Shown here in pieces: positions 9,209 to 17,266 of a stretch of 41,860 nucleotides of DNA (positions are counted from its first letter, which is position 1; every line of letters begins with the position of its first letter). The position numbers and the translations under genes were made by a program. This stretch comes from a virus. Lineage: Duplodnaviria > Caudoviricetes. The stretch is taken from positions 1-41,860 of the IMG/VR virus record IMGVR_UViG_3300037458_000317; one strand, written 5' to 3'. The notes beneath the pieces are model-generated. The model did not search any database. It was not told the DNA's origin and saw nothing but the letters and a program-made list of their open reading frames with translations.

Positions 9209-9253
9209 TTCGAAGCACTTATAAGTGCTTCGAAGCCTGCATAAAGGCTTCGA
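9209..9253. repeat. 26-bp perfect palindrome with overlapping 9-bp-stem hairpin
   Basis: TTCGAAGCACTTATAAGTGCTTCGAA (9209-9234); TCGAAGCCT-6-AGGCTTCGA (9230-9253). Confidence 0.9.
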
Positions 9254-9259
9254 TCACGC

Positions 9260-9285
9260 AAAAAATAGCCCTCATTGAGAGGGCT
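9260..9285 (-). terminator. Intrinsic terminator
   Basis: AGCCCTC-5-GAGGGCT followed by ATTTTTT on the minus strand. Confidence 0.8.
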
Positions 9286-9347
9286 TTAAAACAAGGAGTA
9301 AGCAAATGAAAAACAACCGGAGTGAAACAAGGAGAACAACATGAACT
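9260..9347 (-). ncRNA. Candidate ~88-nt small RNA with three anti-SD (CUCC) modules
   Basis: Own promoter and terminator, no credible ORF, 9-12 nt complementarity to many phage RBSs. Confidence 0.65.
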
Positions 9348-9353
9348 GAATTA

Positions 9354-9382
9354 ATGTTAGTCCTTGTTTTGGTTTGCGTCAA
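9354..9382 (-). promoter_or_regulatory. Sigma70 promoter immediately after the endolysin stop
   Basis: TTGACG(9382-9377)-17-TAACAT(9359-9354). Confidence 0.75.
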
Positions 9383-9832
9383 CTACAGTAAACGAGATTC
9401 AGAGATCCGGCGCTTGGTTAGGCCGGATAAAACTTTTCCGCCGCCCTTGTTCCACTTTAAAATTTCTTTCTTTGCGCCTTCCCAATCGTTAGCTAGTATC
9501 TTTTTTCTCAGCGTTGAGTTTTTCAGAGCTTTAATTCCTAGGTTAAACGCAAAGTCAGTGATAGCTCCCGCCTTTCGTCCGTCATCGATGTTTGTGCATA
9601 GTTTAATCACAGCCGGAAAGTAAACGGCTTCAAGCATCCAATCGAGCAGATCGAGTGCGCGATCTTTGGTTATCGGCGGATCTGTTAGTTGAACTCTGAC
9701 GCCATTTTCATAAACCGTAGCACCAACACCAATGGTCGCCACGCCTGCAGGGCATAGGTACGGCTTTAAATATAACCCCTCATACAGCAAGCACAAATTT
9801 CGTGCTGTCACTATCGCTGCGTTGATATCCAT
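9383..9832 (-). CDS. Endolysin, GH24 lysozyme
   Basis: YEGLYLKPYLCPAGVATIGVG, DFAFNLG, STLRKK, GLTKRR. Confidence 0.93.
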   Translation of the reverse strand: MDINAAIVTARNLCLLYEGLYLKPYLCPAGVATIGVGATVYENGVRVQLTDPPITKDRALDLLDWMLEAVYFPAVIKLCTNIDDGRKAGAITDFAFNLGIKALKNSTLRKKILANDWEGAKKEILKWNKGGGKVLSGLTKRRISESRLL

Positions 9833-10305
9833 TATTTACCACGCTTACCCAATGTGCGATCCGCAAAGAAAAACCCTAATACTGAGCTGATCAAGTCCAT
9901 GAAAAACGCTGTAACAACTAACCCACCCTGGTAGAATGCAAATCCTAGCATGGCAAGACATAGCGTTGCAGTTAATGGGCGGATCATCTTGTTCCACGCG
10001 TCAACCCATGCGATACCACTTGGTTGTTCAGCCGCTTTGAATGCATCATAAAAACCTTGTGCGTCGATATTGGCAAGATCTGCAACTGATTTAACTTGCA
10101 CCTCTTTGATCTGCAAATCAGCTTGCACTCGAAGCGCCTCCATGTTTCTCGAGTGCTCCTTGTCGTCCAGTTCGCCTTGCAAGCGCATCATCTCGATCTG
10201 CTGATTGTGCTCTTGTTTCTTTTCGATGAATGACGAAATCTCACCCCAGATCATGCGAAAAACCGACCCGCCCAAGAATGAAAACAATGCTGAAAACATA
10301 GCCAT
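9832..10305 (-). CDS. Membrane protein, putative 3-TM holin-like
   Basis: N-terminal hydrophobic segment, coiled coil, IRP plus two TM helices, FFFADRTL ending; coupled to endolysin. Confidence 0.65.
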   Translation of the reverse strand: MAMFSALFSFLGGSVFRMIWGEISSFIEKKQEHNQQIEMMRLQGELDDKEHSRNMEALRVQADLQIKEVQVKSVADLANIDAQGFYDAFKAAEQPSGIAWVDAWNKMIRPLTATLCLAMLGFAFYQGGLVVTAFFMDLISSVLGFFFADRTLGKRGK

Positions 10306-10356
10306 ACTCCAGATTAAAATTTAGTCATCAGTAGTATAGCGCCAAATCGCAGGCAC

Positions 10357-10378
10357 AAAAAAGCCGCACCAGGCGGCT
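10357..10378 (-). terminator. Intrinsic terminator
   Basis: AAGCCGC-ACCAG-GCGGCTT with A-run on the left. Confidence 0.75.
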
Positions 10379-10383
10379 TATCG

Positions 10384-10803
10384 TTACGCTGCAAAACACC
10401 GCATCAGTTTTAATGCCCTGGTAACTGGCGTATCCGGTATAACCAGGATGTTATTTTTAACGACTCGCACTCTTCGCTCCGCCCGTGTCGCTTTAACGCC
10501 ATTTCTCCGGATGTGAAAGCGGATGGTATCCGGAACGACGCCAAACTCTTCAGCGATATTACGTACCGCTTCCCCGTTTTTAACCCGCTGGATAGCGTCC
10601 GCTATCTGGGATTCTGATAATTTGCATGCGCCATTAACTGCACGCTCTTTAATCAGCGATCTGACGTCATCACGGCCAGTCTCACGCATTTTACGCGTGA
10701 TCGTATGACGAGATACATTATAGCGGTTTGCGATCTCTTGCAGCGTTGTGCCGGCGATGTAATCGTTAATGTCTTGCTCGGTTAAATCAACTCGTTTTTT
10801 CAT
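10384..10803 (-). CDS. Tandem HTH DNA-binding protein
   Basis: TLQEIANRYNVSRHTI and AVRNIAEEFGVVPDTI. Confidence 0.8.
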   Translation of the reverse strand: MKKRVDLTEQDINDYIAGTTLQEIANRYNVSRHTITRKMRETGRDDVRSLIKERAVNGACKLSESQIADAIQRVKNGEAVRNIAEEFGVVPDTIRFHIRRNGVKATRAERRVRVVKNNILVIPDTPVTRALKLMRCFAA

Positions 10804-10831
10804 TGTTTTACTCCTTGCTTTCAGTTTCTAA

Positions 10832-10901
10832 ATAATACCTAAAACGATAACGCGTTTTATTGATTTAGATCACAGTTTTGTTAGCGGTGATGAATGATAA
10901 T
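10832..10901. promoter_or_regulatory. CRP-like site centred between divergent -10 elements
   Basis: ATTGA-TTTAGA-TCACA at 10859-10874; TATTAT (-) at 10837 and GATAAT (+) at 10896, each 29.5 bp from the centre. Confidence 0.65.
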
Positions 10902-10933
10902 TGTCTCATTGAAACTGAAAAGGAGTAAGCAGA

Positions 10934-11248
10934 ATGAAAAAAGAATACGATGTATACGACCACGCACAGCACATTTACGAAACTCGGCTAGATGATTTTT
11001 TTAATTATCTGGCAACGCAAGCAGATCTCTATGAGTCGCTGTGGTGCATGTTTGACGATGCGAAAGAGTACAAGCACTGCCAGCAAGTTGGGGTTTTCAT
11101 CAAGCGTAACCAGTGGAAACAACATGTTTTCCGCATGTTGGATGCTGGCAATGCCCACGCCTGGTTATTGCTGACAGAGTGCGCTAAATCAGAACGCGAG
11201 TCGTCAGAGTGGGATCATGCAGCGAGTAAAGCCGATGATTTGCGTTAA
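10934..11248 (+). CDS. Hypothetical protein
   Basis: Strong AAGGAG RBS; first gene of the plus-strand cassette. Confidence 0.85.
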   Translation: MKKEYDVYDHAQHIYETRLDDFFNYLATQADLYESLWCMFDDAKEYKHCQQVGVFIKRNQWKQHVFRMLDAGNAHAWLLLTECAKSERESSEWDHAASKADDLR

Positions 11249-11693
11249 ACAGATCGCTGATTCCTATATTAATAGGCGAGAAATAAGTGACGATGACGCG
11301 CGAAACTTTGTAAAAATGATTGAGCACGGAATTAGCATTGATTGCGTGATTGAGATTATAGTTGGCCTTAGAGGAACAAACGTAAGCGACAGGAAGTCAG
11401 ATAGTTACAGATCCATGGTTGTAAAAAAGCTAATTAGAAATGAAATCGTCCGTCAATCTGCTTTATTTTGTGCTTTGCTAGGAGTGAAACGAATTATGCT
11501 TGCTGAATTTAACGACGCCGAGTTTGATGAACTAAAAAGCGCCGAGCTGTGGCTACAGCTTCACGGTTACTCGAAGTTATCGCGCCACCAGTATCGTGAC
11601 TGCATTCAAGCTTGGATCAAGAAAGAATTGGTAGCAAAGGTTCAATCGCTACCGTCCGGGAAATTTTTAGTGCAGGAGTTTAAGATTGTATGA
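11217..11693 (+). CDS. Hypothetical protein (start uncertain)
   Basis: 158-aa ORF overlapping both neighbours. Confidence 0.75.
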   Translation: MQRVKPMICVKQIADSYINRREISDDDARNFVKMIEHGISIDCVIEIIVGLRGTNVSDRKSDSYRSMVVKKLIRNEIVRQSALFCALLGVKRIMLAEFNDAEFDELKSAELWLQLHGYSKLSRHQYRDCIQAWIKKELVAKVQSLPSGKFLVQEFKIV

Positions 11694-12022
11694 ACGAAGA
11701 AATGCGGAAAGAGTTTGAAGAGTGGATTATAAAATCAAACGCGACAGGACGAGTTCCAAATTTCATCATGAAAAGTGAAAATGGAACTTATATTGACCCA
11801 CAAACATCGGATTTATGGCAAGCGTGGCAAGTTTTGTGGCAAGCATGGCAAGCATCACGCCAAGCTATGAAGCCAATTGAGTTTCCAGCTGAAATTGAAC
11901 TTGATTTGATTGGTGATCAAGTCGCTCCAACGCATCAAAATTCATATGCGGAATGGTATAACGACGCATTAAGCGATTTGTTATTAAAAATAACAGAGCT
12001 TGGTTATAAGGTAGAAGTATGA
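11690..12022 (+). CDS. Hypothetical protein with WQAWQA motif
   Basis: MRKEFEEW...WQAWQASR small phage protein pattern; ATGA coupling. Confidence 0.85.
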   Translation: MNEEMRKEFEEWIIKSNATGRVPNFIMKSENGTYIDPQTSDLWQAWQVLWQAWQASRQAMKPIEFPAEIELDLIGDQVAPTHQNSYAEWYNDALSDLLLKITELGYKVEV

Positions 12023-12237
12023 TTGTCGAAAACAAAAACGGTGACCGCTTCAGTCTGTTCCGCAGTCTAGATCTGCAAAAGCGCGTGATCCTGGTGATTG
12101 GGAAATTATCCCCTGTTGAGCCTGTAAAACAGATCGCGATTGCGTCAGGGTTTGATCCAGATCTGTGGCACGTGCATGGCTCAGCAGCAGTTAAAATCGA
12201 TGATGTACTAAATTACTACGAGTTAACAAAAGTGTGA
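12019..12237 (+). CDS. Hypothetical protein
   Basis: ATGA coupling, 72 aa. Confidence 0.75.
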   Translation: MIVENKNGDRFSLFRSLDLQKRVILVIGKLSPVEPVKQIAIASGFDPDLWHVHGSAAVKIDDVLNYYELTKV

Positions 12238-12274
12238 TTTATATCAAGTATTGTAATTACAGAAGTGTTATTAT
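12233..12274 (+). promoter_or_regulatory. CRP-like site, palindromic operator and extended -10
   Basis: TGTGA-TTTATA-TCAAG (12233-12248); TGTAATTACA (12252-12261); TG-T-TATTAT (12266-12274). Confidence 0.6.
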
Positions 12275-12324
12275 TACTTCATCGAAACGAAACAACAAAT
12301 CAACAAGCAAATGGAGTAAACAAA

Positions 12325-12519
12325 ATGAAAACATTAGAAATCGGTAAAGATTATTCAGGTATTTTCGGAATCCCAGTTGGCTGTAAAATGATTTATAACG
12401 GCGGAAACTCTTGGACTGGCGTTAAACCTGACGGGAGCGAAAAAATGATGGAATCAGAAAAACAAACAAAATCAGCCATTGAGTACATTAATCGTCAATC
12501 ATTTTCTGTTTCACCATAA
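12325..12519 (+). CDS. Hypothetical protein (MKTLEIG...)
   Basis: GGAG RBS before ATG 12325. Confidence 0.8.
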   Translation: MKTLEIGKDYSGIFGIPVGCKMIYNGGNSWTGVKPDGSEKMMESEKQTKSAIEYINRQSFSVSP

Positions 12520-12570
12520 TCAACAATATACCCCGTCCGCAGAAATGCGGGCAAACAAGGAATAAACAAA

Positions 12571-12762
12571 ATGATCACTGGAAAATTAGTTGATGCAGCA
12601 GGAAAGCCACGCGACCAATTTATCACTGGTTACGCGACAATTAACGAGGCTTATCTTGCACTGCAAGAGTCTTGGCCTGCTAAGCGTCTAAGCGTTAGCA
12701 ATGCGCTGGTGTTAGCAGATCAAACCGGTTGCAGATTGATATTACAGGAGCGTAAGGCATGA
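12571..12762 (+). CDS. Hypothetical protein
   Basis: AAGGA RBS; coupled to next gene. Confidence 0.78.
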   Translation: MITGKLVDAAGKPRDQFITGYATINEAYLALQESWPAKRLSVSNALVLADQTGCRLILQERKA

Positions 12763-13007
12763 ATTTCACATATGAAGAACTTTCAAGGCTAAAATTTGCA
12801 GCACAGAAATTGCTCGAAGCTGTTCACCAGATAGAAGCGGTTAATATAACAACTGGAGGCAACGATATTTTAGTGCCTGAGTCTTTTCTCGAGGCGTTGC
12901 TTGATGATGTTGATTCATCAGCAAAAACAATCATGCAGGTTACTGCGATTAGTGGTGATGACAATGAGAAATATGTGGCCGTTAGCGTTGATCGTGTTGG
13001 TGATTGA
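12759..13007 (+). CDS. Hypothetical protein
   Basis: ATGA coupling, 82 aa. Confidence 0.75.
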   Translation: MNFTYEELSRLKFAAQKLLEAVHQIEAVNITTGGNDILVPESFLEALLDDVDSSAKTIMQVTAISGDDNEKYVAVSVDRVGD

Positions 13008-13043
13008 TGGTGTTTTAGGTTTCATGTTGTATGTTGTCAGTTA

Positions 13044-13064
13044 AAAGCCCCATTACGGGGCTTT
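13044..13064. terminator. Bidirectional terminator between convergent units
   Basis: AAAGCCCC-ATTAC-GGGGCTTT. Confidence 0.8.
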
Positions 13065-13355
13065 ATTTCCTTCTGATTCTGTCTTTCGCTTAACCCATGC
13101 TTGACCCAACGCCCTGACATACTGGCTACCAAACGCCCCTACCGTCCCGCCAATAAACAGATCCCAACCATCATACCCTAGCGCTTTGACGCCAGATCCG
13201 ATAGTGAACGTAATAGCCCCGCAGAGTAACGCCTCTACTGCAATTCGGAAGAATTTATCCTCCTCTTTGTCGCGTACAATTCGCAACACGGCCATAATTA
13301 TCGACATAAAAACCCCCCAAAGTGAACTATCTACCTCTTTCAGCCAGTTGATCAT
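13053..13355 (-). CDS. Lambda-family holin
   Basis: MAVLRI, EALLCGA, FIGG.VG..G, three TM segments, basic C-terminus. Confidence 0.85.
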   Translation of the reverse strand: MINWLKEVDSSLWGVFMSIIMAVLRIVRDKEEDKFFRIAVEALLCGAITFTIGSGVKALGYDGWDLFIGGTVGAFGSQYVRALGQAWVKRKTESEGNKAP

Positions 13356-13403
13356 GTCCGTAACCTCTCAAGCAAAATTTTTGTTATATTATCATAGCTT
13401 TAC

Positions 13404-16211
13404 TTAATCCGGCGCGCTTGCGTTGTCATATGCATACACCGCGTCCGTGTAGTTAACTGCTTCCACTGCAATATCAAATCGTCCAGACGGAGCAACCTTC
13501 GTCACTATTGCTGGATACCCATACTCAGTCGATGTACCGAATAGCAAGTGTGGCGGTTCTTGTGTGCCGTTAATAACAGGTAATGGCTCGGATCCGATGG
13601 TTGCCAGTAGGTAAAAATCACTTACTTTAGTGCATGGAAATGGCCCGGCAATTTGTCCGTTAGCCTTTCGCCATGAAACAACGTGTGCCGCGCCATCTTT
13701 CCATGTGAAGATTTCAGAAGATTGGATCAGTGCTTTGTCGGCACCTTGCGCCTGAATACTCAACATGATCGCAGATTGAGCATAGCTTGGGATATCATCG
13801 CCTAAAATCGCAGTGGAGAAATATTCAGAATTTAGTGCATCCATTTCTGTGCTGAATGCGTATTTCTTGCGGCGATACGCCTGAATGCAACGCTGTCGCA
13901 TCCCTAGCTGATAGGCTTTATCGCGTGTCGTCACGCCATCAATAGTGATTTCATCCAGTTTGAATCCAGTATCAGTTGGCAGTAAGCATAAAACCGTTGC
14001 TTCTTCCCATGTCTCCTCGTCAACGTACGTCACGCGAATACCGTCCGACTCTTCCGGTGTGACGACTGAGAAGCTAGTTTTTAATATCTTGGTCATGTTT
14101 TGCGGCGTGTACATGTGCGCTGCTGACATATCACGCGGCTCGTCGCGCACTGGCTTGATCTTGCCTTGGCTTACCGTCATCTCAGCAAAGCCGACATTAA
14201 GCGCGGTATTGATTGCATCACGCACAACAACGTTGCTGTCGTAGATATACTTAAATGTGTCGCCACGTGCTTTCCAGATCGCATCAAGTCGGATCAATTC
14301 TGCAATGTCGATCTGCGAGTCGTCATATCCAACCGAATGCGCGATATAACGCACCACTGGCGCAATGTCATTGGTCGTATAAAGTGCAGTTGTGAACGCG
14401 CCATCTTGCACGATTTGTAGCTTGCGCTGCGGGATGACGTTGATTTTGTTTTCAGTCTGTGCAGCGATGGTATCCGAGCCGGTTAGCGTTAACGCCAATG
14501 TCGTTATGCCAGCGTAACTTGTTGGCGATGGAAGCAGCGATTTAAGCCCAAACCAGTTGATCGTATCCATCGAGTTTGTCGCGGTATCCTCTGCGCCGAT
14601 GCGACGGACGCGCATCTCATAACGCCCGCTTGTCACTGAGATCTGATTTGTCCATCCGAGCTGGTCACGCGATGCACCTGCGATTGTGATCGCGCCATCG
14701 GTTATTGCCTCACTGCCGATAAGTCGATACTGATATTCTATCGTCCGGCTTCTTCCTTCTATCTCCCCGCTACCTGCGTCGATTATCCCAAATCCGTTCG
14801 GCGCTGTAATGTCCCACTCGATCAGCGTTGTCGCTTCGCCAAGTGGGCAAACAGGAAACCAGCCTAGCCAGCCACCAACCACGGATGATGCGTCTAGCTC
14901 GATGACTGCGTTTGAAATTGTTCCTTCGTTTTGGAAACCGATCCACGTTGTATCAGCGGTTGTGTTATCAAGCAAAAGACGGGTGAATGAGAAGCCTTTT
15001 AACACCTCAGTGGTGTCTACCGTCTCAGTAATAAACGCGTTGATCTCGTACAGTTGGCCTTCTTTTTGGATGTCACCAGTAAATGATCCGGCCGTCAAAT
15101 TGGTGGCTGCAAACCAACCAGTGAGTGAAACGTTATCAATGATCCGTGTTTCCCATTTGTCTAGCGTCATTGAGTCTGGCGCAGGATCGACACCCGCGGT
15201 GTACGTTACTATTTTATAAGTACCGTTATTTGCTGATGCGCCTGAAATTATAATTGTGTCATTGACAGCAAGTGATAATTTACTGAATTCTCCAGTGACA
15301 GGATCGCGAACACCTGAACCTGCAGCCGTCACAGTAAACGGAATGTTTGGTGTGGTAATTTTTACTTTGCTGCCAACTTCCCAATCCGCGGGTGGTGAGC
15401 CGCTACCAATTGGTATTGTGATCTGCTCACCGGATATAACATACTGCGATCCGCTCATGTACCTCGTACCGTAAGCGCCAGCCTCAAGGCGCAACCCAGA
15501 CGATGAATCGGTATAGCCAACTTCAGGCGCGTTATACCAGCAGCGGTGCGCCTGATGCCATGAGATATTAACACCAGGATCAAACAAGTTGTAATTTAAA
15601 AACCCGTCAAACGTTTCGAAATTCGTCTCACCGATGAACATTCTTTCAATCGGTAAATCGTAGTAACCAACCCCAACCGACAAAAGCACATCCATCGATT
15701 GCTCTTTGAGCCCTGAAAACCATTTCCTTGGCTGATTGAGATAGTCAGGATATCGGATATGTGTACCGAATAACTCTGGAACAACACCGAATAATTTCGG
15801 CTGATTCGCCGATGCTGATGCCGATGTGATCTCGCTGCCTTGCGTGCCGTAGTTGTTCGATCCACCAGCTCCGCGCCGCATTGTCATTGAGTACACAAGT
15901 GAGGCAGCTGAAATCGTAGCTGATGCGACAGTGATCCATGTCGCTATGGTCCAGCTTGCAGGATCTTGCGGCATGGCCCGCCACTCAACAAGATCTCTCG
16001 ACTTGATACGCGTAATAGGCCAATATCTTTGATCGACCAAAACGCCGTTAATCAGCACGGTGAACGGCTGCCAGCTTGAAAGCGGATCGAACCCGTTGAC
16101 GTTATCAATAATCCAATCGAGCAGCTTTCCTTCTGCCGAAACAATTTCAGATGCTTTTTCATCAAATGCAGATCGGTATATTGCGATTTTGCCCACGGTT
16201 ATTCCTTGCAA
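13404..16211 (-). CDS. Tail tip / host-specificity (gpJ-like hub) protein
   Basis: 935 aa; VPELFG..IRYPDY, VRDE, YTPQNM, EAVNY; follows the NlpC/P60 gene. Confidence 0.85.
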   Translation of the reverse strand: MQGITVGKIAIYRSAFDEKASEIVSAEGKLLDWIIDNVNGFDPLSSWQPFTVLINGVLVDQRYWPITRIKSRDLVEWRAMPQDPASWTIATWITVASATISAASLVYSMTMRRGAGGSNNYGTQGSEITSASASANQPKLFGVVPELFGTHIRYPDYLNQPRKWFSGLKEQSMDVLLSVGVGYYDLPIERMFIGETNFETFDGFLNYNLFDPGVNISWHQAHRCWYNAPEVGYTDSSSGLRLEAGAYGTRYMSGSQYVISGEQITIPIGSGSPPADWEVGSKVKITTPNIPFTVTAAGSGVRDPVTGEFSKLSLAVNDTIIISGASANNGTYKIVTYTAGVDPAPDSMTLDKWETRIIDNVSLTGWFAATNLTAGSFTGDIQKEGQLYEINAFITETVDTTEVLKGFSFTRLLLDNTTADTTWIGFQNEGTISNAVIELDASSVVGGWLGWFPVCPLGEATTLIEWDITAPNGFGIIDAGSGEIEGRSRTIEYQYRLIGSEAITDGAITIAGASRDQLGWTNQISVTSGRYEMRVRRIGAEDTATNSMDTINWFGLKSLLPSPTSYAGITTLALTLTGSDTIAAQTENKINVIPQRKLQIVQDGAFTTALYTTNDIAPVVRYIAHSVGYDDSQIDIAELIRLDAIWKARGDTFKYIYDSNVVVRDAINTALNVGFAEMTVSQGKIKPVRDEPRDMSAAHMYTPQNMTKILKTSFSVVTPEESDGIRVTYVDEETWEEATVLCLLPTDTGFKLDEITIDGVTTRDKAYQLGMRQRCIQAYRRKKYAFSTEMDALNSEYFSTAILGDDIPSYAQSAIMLSIQAQGADKALIQSSEIFTWKDGAAHVVSWRKANGQIAGPFPCTKVSDFYLLATIGSEPLPVINGTQEPPHLLFGTSTEYGYPAIVTKVAPSGRFDIAVEAVNYTDAVYAYDNASAPD

Positions 16212-16213
16212 AA

Positions 16214-16615
16214 TTATTTGTCAATATAATACCGCACTTTTGTGTAACTGGCTTCAAAACGCTCAACCGGCACAATCCGAAACCCTGTTTTTGCGCCTAT
16301 TTCCGCGATACAAAGCCGCCCGTCAATCTCGACAACGATCCCAACGTGGACGCACAACGACACGCGATAGCAAGCGGCGATAGCGCCAATCTGCAGATCA
16401 TACTCTTTTAGGTGTCCCGATATCGTCTCTTTTGCGGCCTTGCTCAATGCACGTTTATCGTCTGCATTTATCCCGCCGTAAAGCGGTAATAACGGTAAAC
16501 CGAACAATTCAACACGCAAACGCCTTACCAACGACCAGCAATTGAAAAAAGGCGGCTCTGAGGCCGCCAGCGGATGGTATTTAGCGTGATCGCGATACCA
16601 GGTTAAGTTATTCAA
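16214..16615 (-). CDS. NlpC/P60-like tail assembly protein
   Basis: NCWSLVR...HVGIVV. Confidence 0.85.
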   Translation of the reverse strand: MNNLTWYRDHAKYHPLAASEPPFFNCWSLVRRLRVELFGLPLLPLYGGINADDKRALSKAAKETISGHLKEYDLQIGAIAACYRVSLCVHVGIVVEIDGRLCIAEIGAKTGFRIVPVERFEASYTKVRYYIDK

Positions 16616-17096
16616 AGTATTTCAACCCCGGTGCAAATTCAGGCGTATATCGGAAGCGAGGCCAACCGACATTCAGCAAGTCAAAGTAACCAGCTTCAAT
16701 GCCAACCGTGACGCCTTCTGAAGATCCACCGCGTAACGTCATCTTGATCGGGACGGTTGCAGGTGCTGATAAGTCATCGGCGTAAAACTCACGATAAATT
16801 ACCGATGTTGGCTTTCCAGATTCAAGACATGCATCGATAAAACGTTGCGCCTCTCCGGTGACATTGCAGATCTGAAATTGCAGCGTCTGCTGCCCTGTTG
16901 CGTCCTTATTCGGTAACGACACTTCCCACGCTGACTGTATGAAAGTGACAGTTTCAGCAAGCTCAGTGGTTGCCGTTACGTCATTAAAAGATTGAGCAAG
17001 CCGGATCACTCCGGCAGCTTCGTTTTTGAATTCAAGCGTAGGAATTAAAACTTCCGCGCTTGGAGCAGATGCATATACAATGTTTAGAGTAGTCAT
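16608..17096 (-). CDS. Minor tail protein (DUF1833-like)
   Basis: YASAP, YREF..DLSAP, WPRFRYTPEFAPGL. Confidence 0.82.
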   Translation of the reverse strand: MTTLNIVYASAPSAEVLIPTLEFKNEAAGVIRLAQSFNDVTATTELAETVTFIQSAWEVSLPNKDATGQQTLQFQICNVTGEAQRFIDACLESGKPTSVIYREFYADDLSAPATVPIKMTLRGGSSEGVTVGIEAGYFDLLNVGWPRFRYTPEFAPGLKYFE

Positions 17097-17239
17097 ATTT
17101 ACGCCTTTTTGCACTCTTTTCTGTTTACCGACCTAGCCAGCGGCGAGTATGTGGTCACGACAGTATTAGATAAAAAGCCAATAGTGATTCAGATGCAATA
17201 ATCAAATGGCAAGGTAAATAAGTTAAGCAATACTCAGAA

Positions 17240-17265
17240 GAAAAAGCCCCGTGATGGGGCTTTTT
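17240..17265 (-). terminator. Intrinsic terminator after the tailspike
   Basis: AAAAAGCCCC-GTGAT-GGGGCTTTTT. Confidence 0.85.
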
Positions 17266-17266
17266 A

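Noticed and set aside
9209-9234. Protelomerase (telRL) site
   Set aside because: No protelomerase gene, and the palindrome is shorter than known telRL sites
9306-9349. Plus-strand micro-ORFs MKNNRSETRRTT and MN, or a CsrB-like GGA sponge
   Set aside because: The promoter and the terminator U-tail are on the minus strand and no plus-strand promoter was seen; kept only as an alternative explanation
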